Part shown: positions 61,750 to 64,000 of the stretch, piece after piece | Position numbering within the stretch: the stretch's first letter is position 1 | How the letters are laid out: the number at the start of each line of letters is the position of its first letter | Assembly (NCBI RefSeq): GCF_036365525.1 | Contig: NC_090388.1 | Location: forward strand, 47,823,159 to 47,887,158 | From: Heterodontus francisci | Lineage: Eukaryota | DNA: 64,000 nt | Direction: 5' to 3' | Notes under the pieces: generated by a model | Told to the model about the DNA's origin: nothing | The model's database searches: none | Seen by the model: only the letters and a program-made list of their open reading frames with translations | Position numbers and translations under genes: made by a program

Positions 61750-63738
61750 TGGAACATTAAATTACTGCAATTTGGTTTTCATCCCTGCCACAGCACTGAA
61801 ATGGCCCTAATCAAAATCACAAATTACATCCTCTGTGACTCTGACCATGATCCACTATCTCTGCTCATTCCTCTCGACCTGTCTGCAACCTTTTCTGCTT
61901 TTAGCTATTCAGTGGTAGCCACAAAATCTCCTGCAATGGATTCTCTTCATCAGTCCTGTACCAGTACCTCTGGAGTCCCCAGGATCAATCCTAGGCCCAC
62001 TCCTATTTCTCATCTACATGCTGTCCCTTGGCAACATTACTTGAAAATACAATGCCTAGTTCCACATGTATGCTGATGATGCCCACCCTATTTCACTACT
62101 GCGCCTCTCAACCCCTCAACTGTCTGTGTTGTCAGACTGCTTGTCGGACAAGCAGTCTTAGATGAGTCAGAATTTCCTCCAATTGAACATTGAGAAGTCC
62201 AGAGCCATTGGGCTGGATTTTAAAGGCTCTCCGATGCCAGGAACAGTGGTGGGGGTAGAGAGAGAGAGATGAAGACTGCAACAGATGAGACCTGCCACCA
62301 ACACCAGCAGGGCCTATACCGATCTTGGCGGTGGCGAGGCCTCGTGGCAGCCACCCTGCCACTCGGCGACGGGACCCGCATTAAAAAATGCAAATAGATA
62401 CTTACCTTTCGTTAACAAGCTGGCCGCAGCGATTCTGAGAGCAGGTTCCGATCTTCATTCCGGTGGCCGGCAATGCCGTGCCTTCGAATCCCCATTCGGG
62501 GAAACGAGGCAGGGGGAGGAGGAACCTTTCTCCATGTGGAAGGGGGAGGAGCGGGGTCAGACTCCTCAGATTGGTTGGGCTGGGTGATGGGAAGGGGTAA
62601 AGGACAAAAGTTCTGAACTTTGGGGGTGGGGGGGAAGGTCATATTTTCACGGTAGGTATTCTTGGAGGTGGGGTGGGGGGAAGGGCAGGAATGATGTGTA
62701 ATGCCATTGGAGGGGTGGGAGAGGGCATGGAAAGATGCTTTTATTCATTTTTATTAACCGTAATGTGACTGGCCCTTTAAAAATGTAACCTGTCATTTAG
62801 GGCTCTAAGCCCTTTAAAAATGGCACCTGTGCATTGGCACCAGATGCCTTTGTTGGGGACAGCTCGCCTGCCCCCTCCACATCATCGGGGTGGAGGGGGG
62901 TGGCGCCCCTGTCATGCAAATGAGCCGGCGCATTTGGAATTGCGCTGACTCCGCGACGTGCAGGCCTCTATTTTGGCAGTGTGCTTTTAAAATGCAGCCC
63001 ATTGTTTTTGGCCCTAGCTGTTAATTCCATCCCCCTCTGGGGCCACTGTCTCGGTGAACCATACAGTTCACAATCTGGAGCTGTGCTTCTGATGGTGATC
63101 TTCATCACCAAGACCACCTATTTGTACATCTGTAATATTGCCCGTTTCCACTCCTGCCTCAGTCCATCTGCTGTGGAAATCCTCATCCATGTTTTTGTTG
63201 CCTCCAGACTTGACTATTCCATTGCTGTCCTGGCTGGTCTCATCTTTCACCCTCTAAGCTTGAGCTCTTCCAAAACTGCTGCCCATATCCTAACTCGTGC
63301 AAAATCCTGTTCGCCTATCACCTTTGCTGACCTACGTTGGTTCCTGATCCAAAGTCTTGGTTTTAAAATCCTCTGCCTCATTTTCAAATCCCTTTATGAC
63401 CTCACCCCTCCTTAATGCTGTAACCTCCTCCAGCCCTACAACCTGCGAACTCTCTTTCCTCTGACTCTGGCATGTTGTGTATCCCTTACTTCCTCAGCCC
63501 CACCAATGGTGGGTTTACCTTCAGCTGTCTAATCTTAAACTCTGGAAATCTGTCCCCAATCTCTGTGCTTCTCTACCCCTCCCTCCTCTTTTAAGAGGTG
63601 CTTTTTAAAATTTGCCTATTTGAGCTTTTGGTCACCTATTCTAATTCCTTGGCTCATGGTCAATTTTTATCTGATTATCCTCCTATGAAGCCCCTTGGAA
63701 CATTTTGTTACATTAAATACACTTTAAGTGCAAGTTAC
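61750..63738 (+). mobile_element. L2 LINE 3' portion, split by a MITE
   Basis: HSTEMALIKITN..LLIPLDLSATF, YADDAHL, AVEILIHVFVASRLDYS. Confidence 0.8.
62210..63000. mobile_element. PIF/Harbinger-type MITE
   Basis: TIRs GGGCTGGATTTTAAA / TTTAAAATGCAGCCC; 3-bp TSD ATT; the L2 sequence rejoins across it. Confidence 0.85.
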
Positions 63739-63739
63739 A

Positions 63740-64000
63740 GGAGCATGAGAAATAGGGTCCCTCGAGCCTGCTCTGACATTCAGTGGGATCATAGCCGATT
63801 TTCAACCTCAACTTCACTTTCCTGCCCAATCCCCAGAGCCTTTAATTCCCTCAGTGTCCAAAAATATATTAAATGACTGAGCATCCACAGCCCTCTGGGG
63901 TAGAGAATTCCAAAGATTCGCAATCCTCTGAGTGAAGAAATTTCTTATCTTAATCCTAAATGGCCGACCCCTTATCCTAAGTCTATGGACCCCTAGTTCT
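63740..64000 (-). mobile_element. CR1 3' end, runs off the window
   Basis: Reverse complement of RNFFTQRIANLWNSLPQRAVDAQS. Confidence 0.75.

Noticed and set aside
1-64000. CRISPR arrays, operons or prokaryotic defence systems
   Set aside because: The sequence is intron-containing vertebrate DNA with no repeat-spacer arrays; all RT and nuclease ORFs are degenerate TE remnants

Overview
Repeat-rich vertebrate genomic DNA. The SINE/LINE families (HE1/V-SINE, Deu-domain SINE, CR1, Tx1, Penelope) point to a cartilaginous fish, which is an inference. Three host genes can be read directly: the first coding exon of an SLC6A1/GAT-1-like transporter (minus strand, runs off the left edge), a complete 3-exon STMP1 microprotein gene (49 aa, minus strand, absent from the ORF track), and exon 1 of DENND11 (plus strand, continues off the right edge). 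Between the divergent STMP1 and DENND11 promoters lie a decayed, unprocessed copy of filamin exon 1, a CR1 LINE and an 8.8-kb Gypsy provirus carrying nested Tx1, SINE, LINE and LTR-like insertions. Several Penelope terminal-repeat copies carry minimal hammerhead-ribozyme-like motifs. Almost all listed ORFs are transposon debris or spurious. I see no clearly new biological system. The best leads are the filamin relic, the variant hammerheads, the provirus abutting the DENND11 promoter, an odd LINE 3' inversion and a tRNA-headed, internally deleted LINE/SINE series.
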